Below, in pieces: positions 1 to 9,897 of a DNA stretch of 64,000 nt. Source of the DNA: an uncultured archaeon. GTDB taxonomy: Archaea > Thermoproteota > Nitrososphaeria_A > Caldarchaeales > Calditenuaceae. The notes under the pieces are model-generated. The model saw only the letters and a program-made list of their open reading frames with translations. It made no database searches and was not told the DNA's origin. Made by a program: the position numbers and the translations under genes. Position 1 is the first letter of the stretch. Every line of letters starts with the position of its first letter. Location: positions 54,692 through 118,691 of the forward strand of contig CALIKS010000004.1 in the NCBI GenBank assembly GCA_938017985.1, in the 5' to 3' direction.

Positions 1-690
1 AATTAATGTGAGCCATGTTAGGAGTCTCTGGGCGTAGCTGAGTTTTTTCTGCTTCGCCCTCATCCAAGACTCCGTCGCTTGTTTTGATTTTTTTGAGCGT
101 TGCCCGACACTGCATGTCAGACACATGCCGATTGTGATTATCTTTTTTGCTCCGAGGCCTGCGGCTATGAATGCTGCCCTGTCGCCGTCAGTGAATCCCC
201 CGAAATTATGTATATGTCCTCTGGGAGGTGTCTGGCAGGTCGCGTCAATCCTACTATCAAATAGGCTCGACAAATTGACGAGTTTTTGAAGGTTGTCTCC
301 ATGTGCATGGATGAACATTAATGCGCCTCTGCGCCAAGCTTCTAGCAGCTCACTTAGCTCGCCATCCATATCTGTGACAACTACATCGGGTACTAATCCA
401 GCCTCGAGTAATGCGCCAGTCGCGCTGTCCGCAGAGAAAAGAAGATACTTCTCCCTATGGCCTAGCTTTGAGAGCTCCGCTGCTTCAATATCTATTGAGT
501 CAGACGCACCGGCCAAGACGACTATGCCTCGATTCATGAGGGACTCTCTTAGTGATGGGACGAGACATGGCTTATTCTCCATGTATTGGGCAAGAATCGC
601 GGCCGACTCCTCGTCACGTTCGACGTTATAGCCGAAGTCCTCAGCAATTAATCTATACCAATCTGTCCAGCCCTTTGGCGTCTCATTCAT
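1..690 (-). CDS. MptE-like (DUF115) protein, putative 6-hydroxymethyl-7,8-dihydropterin pyrophosphokinase; partial, runs off window start
   Basis: Minus-strand frame translated by hand is open from ATG at 690-688 to position 1 (>=230 aa, no stop) and is absent from the ORF track. Its ATG overlaps the stop of the upstream MptA-like gene (ATGA). HGDN and NFGGFTDGD motifs are present. The family assignment rests on memory and gene neighbourhood only. Confidence 0.35.
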   Translation of the reverse strand, partial: MNETPKGWTDWYRLIAEDFGYNVERDEESAAILAQYMENKPCLVPSLRESLMNRGIVVLAGASDSIDIEAAELSKLGHREKYLLFSADSATGALLEAGLVPDVVVTDMDGELSELLEAWRRGALMFIHAHGDNLQKLVNLSSLFDSRIDATCQTPPRGHIHNFGGFTDGDRAAFIAAGLGAKKIITIGMCLTCSVGQRSKKSKQATESWMRAKQKKLSYAQRLLTWLTLI

Positions 691-1586
691 AGACGCATCC
701 TTATCTCGCCGATCGTCGAGTCCAGCTCCGCGGCGAAGTCATGATTATGAATGCTCTCAATGCTCTTAACCACTATTTTGATCTCTGTTCCTGGGTCTAG
801 GTCTGGGAAGTTTTCAGCAATCTTTAGCGCTATGAGGCGAGCTGCATCCTCGACGAAGACTGCGTTCTTGGCCGCGTCTAGCACGACGTATGCCTCGTCG
901 GCCCGCTTTAGCAACTCATAGGTCGGCGAGCTCAGACATGTCCTAGCAATGTCGCCTAGCGATATTAGGTCTAGTGTATCGTCATTGATTAGTCTCACGT
1001 TTATCGAGACCAGTGTCCGCTGCATATGTGTAGCCACTGGAAGATCGTCTGAGACATTTCCACTCGTCGCACTAATGATTTTCTTGATCATTCTCTGTGC
1101 GCATGGACATGCAGTTATGCCTGAGACAGTAACGCCGACATATCTCCTAGACATTATCTTATCGCCTCTCCTCCATCCCACTGCTCCTGCCCTTATCGGC
1201 ATCCTCTCGAATGACTCCATCTTTCTGATCGGCGACTTCACAGGCCTATAAAGATCAGCTCTGAATCTTCCCTCGGCCCATCCTGAGTATTCGTGCTTCT
1301 CCAACAATTTCTCGACGATGTTTCTCGTAATGTCCTCGAGCTTTGCATGTTCCCAGACCGTGCCCGAGATTACTTCATAGATTGATTCGTAGCTTCTGCT
1401 TGCATGTATGCCTCTCCGCTCTGCCGGTAGGTCGACGAAGACGCTGAAGACCGAGTTCTGAAGCACGTATCCATCAGGCCTGCCGATTACTCCGAGTGGT
1501 ATCCTAACGTTTATCAATCCAACCCTATTAATTCTTAATTTGATGTCAGGAGTCTCCGACTGTAAGTCTGGCAGCTCCTCATACAT
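687..1586 (-). CDS. mptA: GTP cyclohydrolase, FolE2/MptA family (archaeal GTP cyclohydrolase IV)
   Basis: 299-aa ORF with an ACPCAQ-containing core typical of the FolE2/MptA (DUF198) fold. Translationally coupled to the downstream DUF115 gene. Confidence 0.65.
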   Translation of the reverse strand: MYEELPDLQSETPDIKLRINRVGLINVRIPLGVIGRPDGYVLQNSVFSVFVDLPAERRGIHASRSYESIYEVISGTVWEHAKLEDITRNIVEKLLEKHEYSGWAEGRFRADLYRPVKSPIRKMESFERMPIRAGAVGWRRGDKIMSRRYVGVTVSGITACPCAQRMIKKIISATSGNVSDDLPVATHMQRTLVSINVRLINDDTLDLISLGDIARTCLSSPTYELLKRADEAYVVLDAAKNAVFVEDAARLIALKIAENFPDLDPGTEIKIVVKSIESIHNHDFAAELDSTIGEIRMRL

Positions 1587-1646
1587 GCCTATCGATATAC
1601 TGCGTTATCGATTTAATAAATTGCTTTGACCATCACTAAAATTGTG

Positions 1647-2936
1647 TTATGGATATATTCTTGTCGTTGTCCTGGGGAATAGACATGCAGCCCTAACGTG
1701 TGGTAGGTCAATTATCCATTTGAGTATCCGTTCTATGCCCATGCCGAAGCCTACATGCGGAACCGAGCCAAACCTCCTCAAGTCTATGTACCACTTATAG
1801 TCATTCGGGTCTAGCTGGAATTCACGAATACGCTCAATGAGCTCGTCATAATCATGTATCCTCACGCCTCCACCAACAATTTCTCCGTTTCCTCGAGGTG
1901 CTAGGAGGTCTGCGCTCAGCGTGACTCTTCTGTCCGTCGGGTCTAATCGGTGATAGAACGCCTTGACTTCTCTTGGGAAGTGTGTGAGGAAGACAGGCCT
2001 ATCAAACTCTGAGGAAATTATTCTCTCCTCATCTGCACCTATATCGATTCCCCACTCGGCGTCTAGCCCATGCTCGCGAAGTATTCCCAATGCCTCCTCA
2101 TACTTTATCCTAAAGAACGGCTTCTCGACCTCCTCTGTCCTAATCTTTCTGCCAAGTATCTTGAGCTCCTTCTCAGAGAGCTCCTCTGTCCTAATCACGA
2201 CGTTGTGGACTAGGTCCTCGACTGTGTTGATGAGTGTTTCTAGGTCCGCGAAGGCTAGCTCTGCTTCTACGTGCCAGAACTCTGTCAGGTGCCTCGTCGT
2301 TCTGCTCTTCTCAGCCCTAAAGCTTGGCTGAACGCTGTAGACCTTCTCGAGACTATATATGGCTGCTTCCTGATAGAACTGGACGCTCTGCGTTAAGTAT
2401 GCCCTGGAGCCAAAGTAGTTGACCTCGAAGAGCGTTGCGCCTCCCTCGACCGCGGCAGTAATTATTGTTGGGCAGTCAACTTCGTAGAACCCCTTAGACC
2501 TGAAGTGTTCATGTACTGCGCCTATGAGGTTAGACCTAATCTTTAGGAGGGCAGTTATCTTCGGGCTTCTGATGTAGAGGTGCCTATTGTCGTAGAGGAC
2601 CTTTGCTCCGACTCCCTTCCTCAGGGGATAATCGTCAAGCGACTCGCCAATGACTTCTAGCTTGGTGCATCTAACCTCTACTCCGCCGGGTGCCCTAGGG
2701 TCATGGACAACGTAGCCACGTATCTTGATTGCTGACTCCTTCCTGATGGAGGACGCCTTCTCAAGGGACTCATCATCAGCGATGCCTCCCTTAACTGCGA
2801 CTTGTACAACTCCGGTAGAGTCTCTAAGGTCGATGAATACGAGTCTTCCATGCCTCCTCCTGTTCCTAACCCATCCCCAGACCTCTACTTCTTCGCCGTC
2901 ATTGCATTTATGAAGCTCCTCAGCCCGCCTCCTCAT
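1647..2936 (-). CDS. asnS: asparaginyl-tRNA synthetase (class IIb aaRS)
   Basis: 429 aa. N-terminal OB fold, then FRAEKSRTTRHLTEFWHVEAELAF (class II motif 2, AsnRS-type), GGGVRIHD and GFGMGIERIL (motif 3). Resembles archaeal AsnRS more than AspRS. Confidence 0.7.
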   Translation of the reverse strand: MRRRAEELHKCNDGEEVEVWGWVRNRRRHGRLVFIDLRDSTGVVQVAVKGGIADDESLEKASSIRKESAIKIRGYVVHDPRAPGGVEVRCTKLEVIGESLDDYPLRKGVGAKVLYDNRHLYIRSPKITALLKIRSNLIGAVHEHFRSKGFYEVDCPTIITAAVEGGATLFEVNYFGSRAYLTQSVQFYQEAAIYSLEKVYSVQPSFRAEKSRTTRHLTEFWHVEAELAFADLETLINTVEDLVHNVVIRTEELSEKELKILGRKIRTEEVEKPFFRIKYEEALGILREHGLDAEWGIDIGADEERIISSEFDRPVFLTHFPREVKAFYHRLDPTDRRVTLSADLLAPRGNGEIVGGGVRIHDYDELIERIREFQLDPNDYKWYIDLRRFGSVPHVGFGMGIERILKWIIDLPHVRAACLFPRTTTRIYP

Positions 2937-3029
2937 CCATCAAGAATGAGATATGCGCCTGTATATTAGGAAGGAGTAGCGAGCATCCCCTGAATCAGGA
3001 CAATGGATTCTCAGAGTTTAGCTACATGT

Positions 3030-4730
3030 TTAGGGTAGGCCTGCTCCAAGCGAGGCTGAGAGAGCATGCATAGAATACCTTGCAAGCACTCCGCTGAGAT
3101 ATTTTGGTTTTGGAGGAGACCAGCCGGCCAGCCTCTTATCAATCTCTTCCTTTGAGAGCTCAACCTCAAGCCTTCCGTTTACAGCATCAACACTTACAAT
3201 ATCACCGTCTCTGAGCGCCGCTATTGGTCCACCAGCCGCAGCCTCAGGCGAGACATGCCCAACCATCAGGCCACGCGTGGCTCCCGAGAATCTGCCATCA
3301 GTTACGAGTGCTACGCGGTCTCCGAGTCCCTGACCCACAAGTGCCGCCGTGACTGCTAGCATCTCCCGCATTCCTGGCCCGCCTCTCGGCCCCTCATACC
3401 TAATCACGACTACGTCGCCGGCATCAATTTCTTTCTGCATTACTGCTCTAAACGCGTCTTCCTCAGAGTCGTAGATTTTAGCGGGTCCCCTATGGATAAG
3501 GTTCTTCACTCCGCTAATCTTTGCTACTGCTCCGTCCGGTGCCAAGTTTCCTCTAAGAATCACGATGCTTCCACGCTTCATTATCGGCTCGGTGAGGCTT
3601 CTCACAATGTCCCCCGCGTCTTGTAGGAATGGCTTATACTCCCTCAAGTTTTCTGCAACAGTCTTACCAGTAACTGTTACTGCGTCTCCATTAATGAGTC
3701 CAGCCTCGAGCAGTTTCTTCATTACTAGTGGTAAGCCCCCAACCCTGTCAAGGTCCTCGACTGGATACTTCCCGCCAGGAATGAGGTCGACGAAGTATGG
3801 CGTCCTCCTACTTATCCTGTCGAAGTCGTCAAGCGTAAGGCTTACGCCTGCTTCTCTTGCAATTGCTAATAGATGCAGGACCGCGTTGGTTGAGCCACCC
3901 ATCGCCGCGTCCACAGCAATCGCATTTTCAAATGCCTCGAAACTCATAATCTCTCTCGGCCTTAGCTCCGTCTCTATCAGCTCCATGACTTTTATTCCAG
4001 TCTTGATAGCGGCCTCGAGTCTCCTCGAGTCTACTGCAGGAATTGTTGATGCACCTGGAATCATTAGCCCCATGGCCTCTGCTAGTATCGCCATCGTGTT
4101 CGCTGTGTAGAGTCCTGCACACGAGCCTGGGCCTGGACATGCATTTCTCTCAATCGTTCTGAGCTCTTCAAGTGTTATTCTTCCGGCGGAGTATTGTCCG
4201 ACTGCCTCGAAGACCTCTCCGGTACTGAGTCTCCTACTACCGAGTCTTCCCATGCACATGGGCCCACCGTTTAGGAAGATTGATGGAAGGTTGAGTCTCG
4301 CCATCGCCATCAACATTCCCGGCTCAATCTTGTCGCAGCTCGCTAGTCCTACGAAGGCATCGAAGCTATGTGCCTGCATCATTATCTCTATGCTGTCTGC
4401 GACGATTTCTCGACTGACTAGGCTGAACTTCATTCCTTCATGACCCATTGCAAGTCCATCACAGACCGCTATCGTGTTGAATTCTAGTGGTGTCCCATTG
4501 CTGGCCTCTATGCCCATCTTAACCTTCTCTGCGACTCTATCGAGATGTACATGTCCAGGTACAACCTCGTTCCAAGAATTCGCTATCGCTACTAAAGGCT
4601 TTTCGAAGTCGCTGTCTGTCAGACCTATTGCCCTGAGAAGTGCCCTGTGAGGAGTACGTTGAATTCCCTCTAGGATTACGGAGCTTCTATACTTCCTAGT
4701 CATCTTAGACATTCTCAATGATTGGTACAA
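3030..4730 (-). CDS. ilvD: dihydroxy-acid dehydratase
   Basis: 566 aa with the IlvD/Edd family signature [11 protein letters not shown], the CPGPGSC Fe-S cluster motif and SGATRG. The true start is probably an internal Met (MSKMTRKY...). Confidence 0.9.
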   Translation of the reverse strand: MYQSLRMSKMTRKYRSSVILEGIQRTPHRALLRAIGLTDSDFEKPLVAIANSWNEVVPGHVHLDRVAEKVKMGIEASNGTPLEFNTIAVCDGLAMGHEGMKFSLVSREIVADSIEIMMQAHSFDAFVGLASCDKIEPGMLMAMARLNLPSIFLNGGPMCMGRLGSRRLSTGEVFEAVGQYSAGRITLEELRTIERNACPGPGSCAGLYTANTMAILAEAMGLMIPGASTIPAVDSRRLEAAIKTGIKVMELIETELRPREIMSFEAFENAIAVDAAMGGSTNAVLHLLAIAREAGVSLTLDDFDRISRRTPYFVDLIPGGKYPVEDLDRVGGLPLVMKKLLEAGLINGDAVTVTGKTVAENLREYKPFLQDAGDIVRSLTEPIMKRGSIVILRGNLAPDGAVAKISGVKNLIHRGPAKIYDSEEDAFRAVMQKEIDAGDVVVIRYEGPRGGPGMREMLAVTAALVGQGLGDRVALVTDGRFSGATRGLMVGHVSPEAAAGGPIAALRDGDIVSVDAVNGRLEVELSKEEIDKRLAGWSPPKPKYLSGVLARYSMHALSASLGAGLP

Positions 4731-4758
4731 ATTAAGTCTTTATGAGATATCCAATTTT

Positions 4759-6141
4759 TTAGCTTGTAAGCTGGACGATCTTTATGTTATGAATTGGTTT
4801 ATCGAGAAGCCCATAGGTAAGGATAAGCGTGTCGCCTTTCTTTACGAGGTCGTATTCCCTCAATTTCTTTTCTAGTTCTTCGAGCCCCTCATCATACTCG
4901 TCTGAATCCACATGAATCGGCTCGACTCCCCACTGTATCATTAATCTTCTTAAAGTTTTAGAATCATTAGTGGCAGCGAAGACTTGAGCTCGCGGCTTAA
5001 ATCTTGAGATTCTCCTAGCAGTGTTGCCTCGCTTTGTATAGATGCCGATCTTTGCGTTTAGCGTCTCGGCGAGCTCGACTACTCCTAGGGCAAACCTATC
5101 AACAGTATAGATATGAGCAAAGTTACGACTAATCTTGACTTCTCCTTCATACGTCTCTATGATTCGTCTCAGCCAATTCACTGCATCTACAGGATAATTA
5201 CCGATTGCCGTCTCGCCGGTCAGCATCAATACGTCAACTCCATCAGCTACGCAGCTCATGACGTCTACTATCTCGCTCCTTGAAGGTATCGGTTCAGATA
5301 TCATGGAGCCCAACAGCTGGGTCGCCACAATTACTGGTCTCCCAATCGACATGGCAGTTTTTATTATTTTTTCCTGTAGACGTGGTACTTCCTCAAGTGG
5401 GAATTGCATTCCTAGGTCGCCGCGAGCCACGAGCACTGCGTCTGCAGTCCTAGCTATTTCTTCTACATTAGTTACGGCAGATATCGTCTCTATTTTTGCT
5501 ATTAGGCCCATTTCTATTCCTGAATCTATTAGGAATTCTTTGACTGCATCTATATCTCTAGGAGAAGTTATAAAGCTTAGGCCGAGATAATCAGCGCCAA
5601 GCCTCACCGCATCCATTATTTGGTCTTTACAGTGCGCAAGATAGTCCGGTATGGCTATCTCTTTATTTCTGATAACGAGTGATTTACCTCTCACAATATT
5701 CATTTTGTTTAGTGACTTTACAAGAATTTTATCGTCTTCTTTCTTAAGAACCTTCATTAAACCGCGTCCATCATCAGTGACGAGTAGGTCATCTTCTAAA
5801 ACCGACTCGAAGAACTCCCGATTATCGATTGAAGGAGAGTCATCACTGGGCTCATCAGACATCGTTATGTAAAAGCTCTGGCCAGCTATGTATGATTTAG
5901 GAACTGTCGGAGCTGTGAAGCGAATAGACCTGCCTTTGAGGTCAGCAATCAATACGCAATCAGTCTTAATCATTCTTGAGGCTTCTCTGAGATTTTCCGT
6001 CCAGGTCCTCCAGGTCTCTATCTCTCCATGACTAAAGTTAATCCTAAATATCTTGCAGCCTGACTGTATTAGTGCTCTTATCGATTCTTTGTCTCCTGAC
6101 GATGGTCCGAGCGTGCATGCAATCTTAGTCCTCAAATCCAA
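4759..6141 (-). CDS. pyk: pyruvate kinase
   Basis: 460 aa. N-terminal KIACTLGP plus a PK barrel and C-terminal domain, typical of pyruvate kinase. Confidence 0.85.
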   Translation of the reverse strand: MDLRTKIACTLGPSSGDKESIRALIQSGCKIFRINFSHGEIETWRTWTENLREASRMIKTDCVLIADLKGRSIRFTAPTVPKSYIAGQSFYITMSDEPSDDSPSIDNREFFESVLEDDLLVTDDGRGLMKVLKKEDDKILVKSLNKMNIVRGKSLVIRNKEIAIPDYLAHCKDQIMDAVRLGADYLGLSFITSPRDIDAVKEFLIDSGIEMGLIAKIETISAVTNVEEIARTADAVLVARGDLGMQFPLEEVPRLQEKIIKTAMSIGRPVIVATQLLGSMISEPIPSRSEIVDVMSCVADGVDVLMLTGETAIGNYPVDAVNWLRRIIETYEGEVKISRNFAHIYTVDRFALGVVELAETLNAKIGIYTKRGNTARRISRFKPRAQVFAATNDSKTLRRLMIQWGVEPIHVDSDEYDEGLEELEKKLREYDLVKKGDTLILTYGLLDKPIHNIKIVQLTS

Positions 6142-6200
6142 AAAGAAATATGCATACTAACAATTAGCTATTTTCTCAGCTGAGGAACAGCCATAACCAG

Positions 6201-6632
6201 CTAGGTTACAGGAGCGCCCACATCAATTACTGATTCAGGAGCTATCGGCACAATCTTATCGTCGCTAGCAACGGCAGCAAGAATCATACAGTCAGAAAGT
6301 AATCCGCGCATCTTTCTAGGCTTAAGATTCACGACGAAGACATACTCCTTGTCTAGGAAATGTTCAGGACTGTATAGATGTCCCAGTCCGGTGATTGCCT
6401 GTTTCTTGAAATCCCTGAAATCCACCTCAAGCCTAATTAGTCTATCAGTTCCAGGCACTCTTTCAGCCTTGACAACTTTTCCTACGCGCATCTCGATACG
6501 CTTAAACTCCGAGATATCTATCTCTGAGAACTCGACCACCCCAAATAACATGAATCCTGCAGTATTTGTAATTAACTCATGTAGCCGTAAACATGAGTAG
6601 AATCGTTCTAGAATCAATAAGTATAAAGTCAA
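6201..6632 (-). CDS. tRNA-binding protein, Trbp111/CsaA/EMAP-II-like OB fold
   Basis: The RVGKVVKAERVPGTDRLIRLEVDFRD pattern matches the MetRS C-terminal-like tRNA-binding domain. The likely real start is the internal Met at about 6551. Confidence 0.65.
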   Translation of the reverse strand: MTLYLLILERFYSCLRLHELITNTAGFMLFGVVEFSEIDISEFKRIEMRVGKVVKAERVPGTDRLIRLEVDFRDFKKQAITGLGHLYSPEHFLDKEYVFVVNLKPRKMRGLLSDCMILAAVASDDKIVPIAPESVIDVGAPVT

Positions 6633-6734
6633 CTAGTTATAGTTATAAGCGAAGAGAAATGGCGGCGAAAAAAGCCAAGAAGTCAAAGGCCAAGAAGTCA
6701 AAGAGCAAGTCTAGTAAACGTGTATGTTAGTCTG

Positions 6735-7292
6735 CTAGGATCTCCAAGAAAATAGCGGCTCATGCCTACGACTAGCTTTGGCTGTCTCTTCACTAAGCAT
6801 GCCTGCGACAATGGCGGCTAAAATTGGAAAAGCAAAAAGTGCAGGTATCTCTAACGGCCTAAGGTAAAACATCATCGTGTATATTTTATCGAGCTCAAGC
6901 ATCCATGCACTATTACGAAAGAGTGTGGGAATTAGCTGAAGCCCAATAAGCTGCCAACCAATAAATATGAAGGAAGAGCCGATAAAGGAAGACGCAATGG
7001 CGGCTCCGGGACTCCTGCTAAGTAGTCCAGCAATGGCACCAGCAGCAATAAGAATAATGACTGGCCAGAATCCTGAGCCTGAGCTAAGCGTAAATGTGCC
7101 GCCATCTATGACTATGCCCTCACCTAAGAGGCTAGAGATAGGAGTAAGAAAGTACGTCAGGGCCTTAAATATCTCTCCAACGACTGCCAACTGGACATCA
7201 TGTACGGGCAGCTGAGTACCAGCAGATAGATATGAGCCTGTAGCAATAATTATCGCGATGAATGTAACTGAACCCCTAATGATCCCACTCAT
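6735..7292 (-). CDS. hypothetical integral membrane protein
   Basis: 185 aa with multiple hydrophobic helices and no recognisable catalytic motif. Confidence 0.4.
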   Translation of the reverse strand: MSGIIRGSVTFIAIIIATGSYLSAGTQLPVHDVQLAVVGEIFKALTYFLTPISSLLGEGIVIDGGTFTLSSGSGFWPVIILIAAGAIAGLLSRSPGAAIASSFIGSSFIFIGWQLIGLQLIPTLFRNSAWMLELDKIYTMMFYLRPLEIPALFAFPILAAIVAGMLSEETAKASRRHEPLFSWRS

Positions 7293-7393
7293 CCATCATC
7301 GGCATGAAGCTCCCTCCTAATATTTTAGACAGTGTATATGAGGTTTTTAAAATCTCGTAGAATGGCCTATGTATTGCTTAGAATAATATTCTG

Positions 7394-7594
7394 CTAAATT
7401 GTCGGTGACTTAATGTATTTTGAAGGGTCGACTGGCTTCTTCTTCCTCGGAGAGTTTCTTAACAATATGCCACAGTATGGACATCTGACGCTGTCAGTTA
7501 AATGATATGTACGGCATCTACTACAATACTTATAGCCAGCGGCATAGCTTCTCCTAGCCGAGATCTTCTGTACTAGGATTTGCTTGGTTGACAT
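7394..7594 (-). CDS. small zinc-ribbon protein (CxxC-x14-CxxC)
   Basis: 66 aa, basic, with two CxxC pairs (CSRC...CPYC). Divergent from the AbrB-PhoU regulator gene across an AT-rich 96-bp spacer. Confidence 0.5.
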   Translation of the reverse strand: MSTKQILVQKISARRSYAAGYKYCSRCRTYHLTDSVRCPYCGILLRNSPRKKKPVDPSKYIKSPTI

Positions 7595-7690
7595 TTACTT
7601 ATCACCTCTTTACAGTTATTAATTCCCTTCTACTTGATATAAGCATTATGCATAAATAGTATATACGTAGCATATATTTTCAGAATTAGG

Positions 7691-8731
7691 ATGCATGTAA
7701 GAAGACTTCAGAGGCTTGGGACAACAACCATAGTCGTGTCCCTTCCTCGGAAATGGGTGAAGGATAAAGGACTGAAGCAAGGCGACGTAGTATACTTAGA
7801 GGAAGGAATAGACAGCATAGTACTTCACACATCGAATAAGGCCCAGCAGACATATAAAATCACGATAAACGCCGAGCTAGAGCCAAATCCAGAAACTTTG
7901 GCCAGACTAGTGACTGCGAGCTACCTACAAGGATACGACGAAGTAAGAATCATCTCTCAGACCGGGCTACTGCTTGAGCAAGTGGAGGAGATACAGGCAG
8001 TAGTTGAGCGCCTCCCAGGATTTGAAGTCCTAGAACAGACACCAAACCAACTAGTAATACAGGGAATAGTCGATCCGGCAAAATTTACAGTCGACTCAAT
8101 CATGAAGAGAATGCAAGTAATGGTCTCCTCAATGATTAACGCCTCGATAGATGCCGTTATAGAGGGAATGCCCGAGAAGGCAGCGGAGGTATCTAGAGTT
8201 GAGAGCAAGCTCGATGAGCTCTATTTCCTCGTCGTGAGGCAGCTCCTACTCTCAGTAAGAAATCCAAGCCTAGCCAAGATTATTGGAATAGACTCGGTTC
8301 CCGCCGTGACTGGTTATAGACTGGTCTCCAAGGCAATCGAAGAAATAGGTGACTATGCATTAGCAATATCAAAGGAAAGCCTGAACATAAAGCGGAGAGG
8401 AAGAGGCATAGAGAAAGAAATACTTACACAGATAATGACGATAGGCGAGGAAGTCTCAACAATATTCGGCAGGGCTGTAAATGCATTCTTGACGCTTGAC
8501 ATCAAGTTGATAAACTCTGTCTTTCAACAGATACCGCCATTGGCTGAAAGAATAGTTAAGCTCGAGTCAGACATGCTTGAGAAGATCAAGGACCCTCAGA
8601 TACTAATATCCCTCAGATTAGTTATGCGATACATTTCCGGCATAATTGACCAGTGCAGAATCATAGCCGAGGTCGCTGTAAACAAGTTCGTCAGGATAGA
8701 CTCGAAGATCTGCATAACCGAAGTCTCATAG
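7691..8731 (+). CDS. AbrB/SpoVT-domain plus PhoU-domain regulator (archaeal PhoU-like phosphate uptake regulator)
   Basis: The N-terminus LQRLGTTTIVVSLPRKWVKDKGLKQGDVV is a swapped-hairpin AbrB fold. The C-terminal two thirds are helical PhoU-like repeats. Confidence 0.6.
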   Translation: MHVRRLQRLGTTTIVVSLPRKWVKDKGLKQGDVVYLEEGIDSIVLHTSNKAQQTYKITINAELEPNPETLARLVTASYLQGYDEVRIISQTGLLLEQVEEIQAVVERLPGFEVLEQTPNQLVIQGIVDPAKFTVDSIMKRMQVMVSSMINASIDAVIEGMPEKAAEVSRVESKLDELYFLVVRQLLLSVRNPSLAKIIGIDSVPAVTGYRLVSKAIEEIGDYALAISKESLNIKRRGRGIEKEILTQIMTIGEEVSTIFGRAVNAFLTLDIKLINSVFQQIPPLAERIVKLESDMLEKIKDPQILISLRLVMRYISGIIDQCRIIAEVAVNKFVRIDSKICITEVS

Positions 8732-9854
8732 ATTCTACCACTATGCCTGAAGCTATGCTTAGAATCGTCGAGAAGATAATCATTACTGAGGGTCCATAAT
8801 GGTCTGCAATTATTCCGGCAAATACTGGCGTGATGAGGAAGCCGATGCCTATGTTGAACTCATACTTACTTATGAAGTATGCCGGGTCTCCGCTGAGATT
8901 ATTCGTCATGTATAGATATGTTAGGGAGTAATAGAGACTTACAAGCGCTCCAAGCATGATTAATGATATGGGGAGAAATATTTTTTCATCCAAGTTGTAG
9001 AGCAGGATGAGTGGGAAGACCGATGCAAAGGACATTAATGATATATTTCTTAGGGAGGGCCTTATCTTACCCCTAGCGACTGATAAGAATCCAAGCAGCC
9101 TAGAAAACGAGAAGAGAGAGTATGAATATCCGATAAAGGAGGTCTCGTATCCAGCTCCTTTTGCTATGCCTGGAAGGACTGAGACAATTATCGCTACCAT
9201 TCCTGAAAATATGCAGGTAGAGGTGAAGAATGGTTGAGAAGTCTTATTCTCCTTTACACCTCTTTCTTTTGCTCCTGTGCTTATCTCAGCCTTAAACCAG
9301 AACAATGAGAAAAATGATACTAGTGATAATGCGAGTAACAAAACGAAAGTGTGCTGAATACCTATTGTATCTGCTAAGTAGCCGGATAAGGATGGTCCGA
9401 CGAGATATCCACTAGACCATGAGGCGCCAATGAATCCATAAATCTTTGCCCTCTCATCTGGACTATAGAGCTTCGTAATTATTATCTCCACGATGATGAT
9501 GTAGAGAGCTAATGAGGCTCCGAGAATGATCTGAGCGACGTATATTGCAGGCAAGTCATTCGATAATATGAGTATCAGTATTGCGGTGCAAAGTATTAGC
9601 GCTGATGATGAGTATTGACGGGTATTCCTTAGCCTAGAGTAGAGTGGATATGAGAAGGCTATCAAGACGTAGAGAACGGACGTGAGTGTACCTCCCAGAC
9701 CAATCTCAGTCCCACCATATCCGAGCAACTTGATGTATACTGGTACTAAGTAGGTGAGCCCAGAAATGACTATTCCTCCAATGATTACACCAGTGTAGAG
9801 AGGCCTAGGAGAGACTGAATGTCTATCCTGCAATGGATTCTCTGAGCTGTTCAA
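8691..9854 (-). CDS. MFS transporter
   Basis: 387 aa with about 12 predicted TM helices and MFS-like loop motifs. Confidence 0.65.
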   Translation of the reverse strand: MNSSENPLQDRHSVSPRPLYTGVIIGGIVISGLTYLVPVYIKLLGYGGTEIGLGGTLTSVLYVLIAFSYPLYSRLRNTRQYSSSALILCTAILILILSNDLPAIYVAQIILGASLALYIIIVEIIITKLYSPDERAKIYGFIGASWSSGYLVGPSLSGYLADTIGIQHTFVLLLALSLVSFFSLFWFKAEISTGAKERGVKENKTSQPFFTSTCIFSGMVAIIVSVLPGIAKGAGYETSFIGYSYSLFSFSRLLGFLSVARGKIRPSLRNISLMSFASVFPLILLYNLDEKIFLPISLIMLGALVSLYYSLTYLYMTNNLSGDPAYFISKYEFNIGIGFLITPVFAGIIADHYGPSVMIIFSTILSIASGIVVESMRLRLCRSSSLS

Positions 9855-9897
9855 TTAGACCTATACTGTCCACTATGAGCTATGATATTTATTCTAT

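Noticed and set aside
293-631. Plus-strand 112-aa ORF in the supplied track
   Set aside because: Ser-rich and low-complexity, and fully antisense to the better-supported minus-strand DUF115-like gene. Treated as a shadow ORF.
1963-4443. Several 60-180-aa plus-strand ORFs inside asnS and ilvD (1963..2331, 2725..2913, 3565..4110, 4252..4443)
   Set aside because: All are antisense to strongly supported long genes and are Ser/Leu-rich low-complexity translations.
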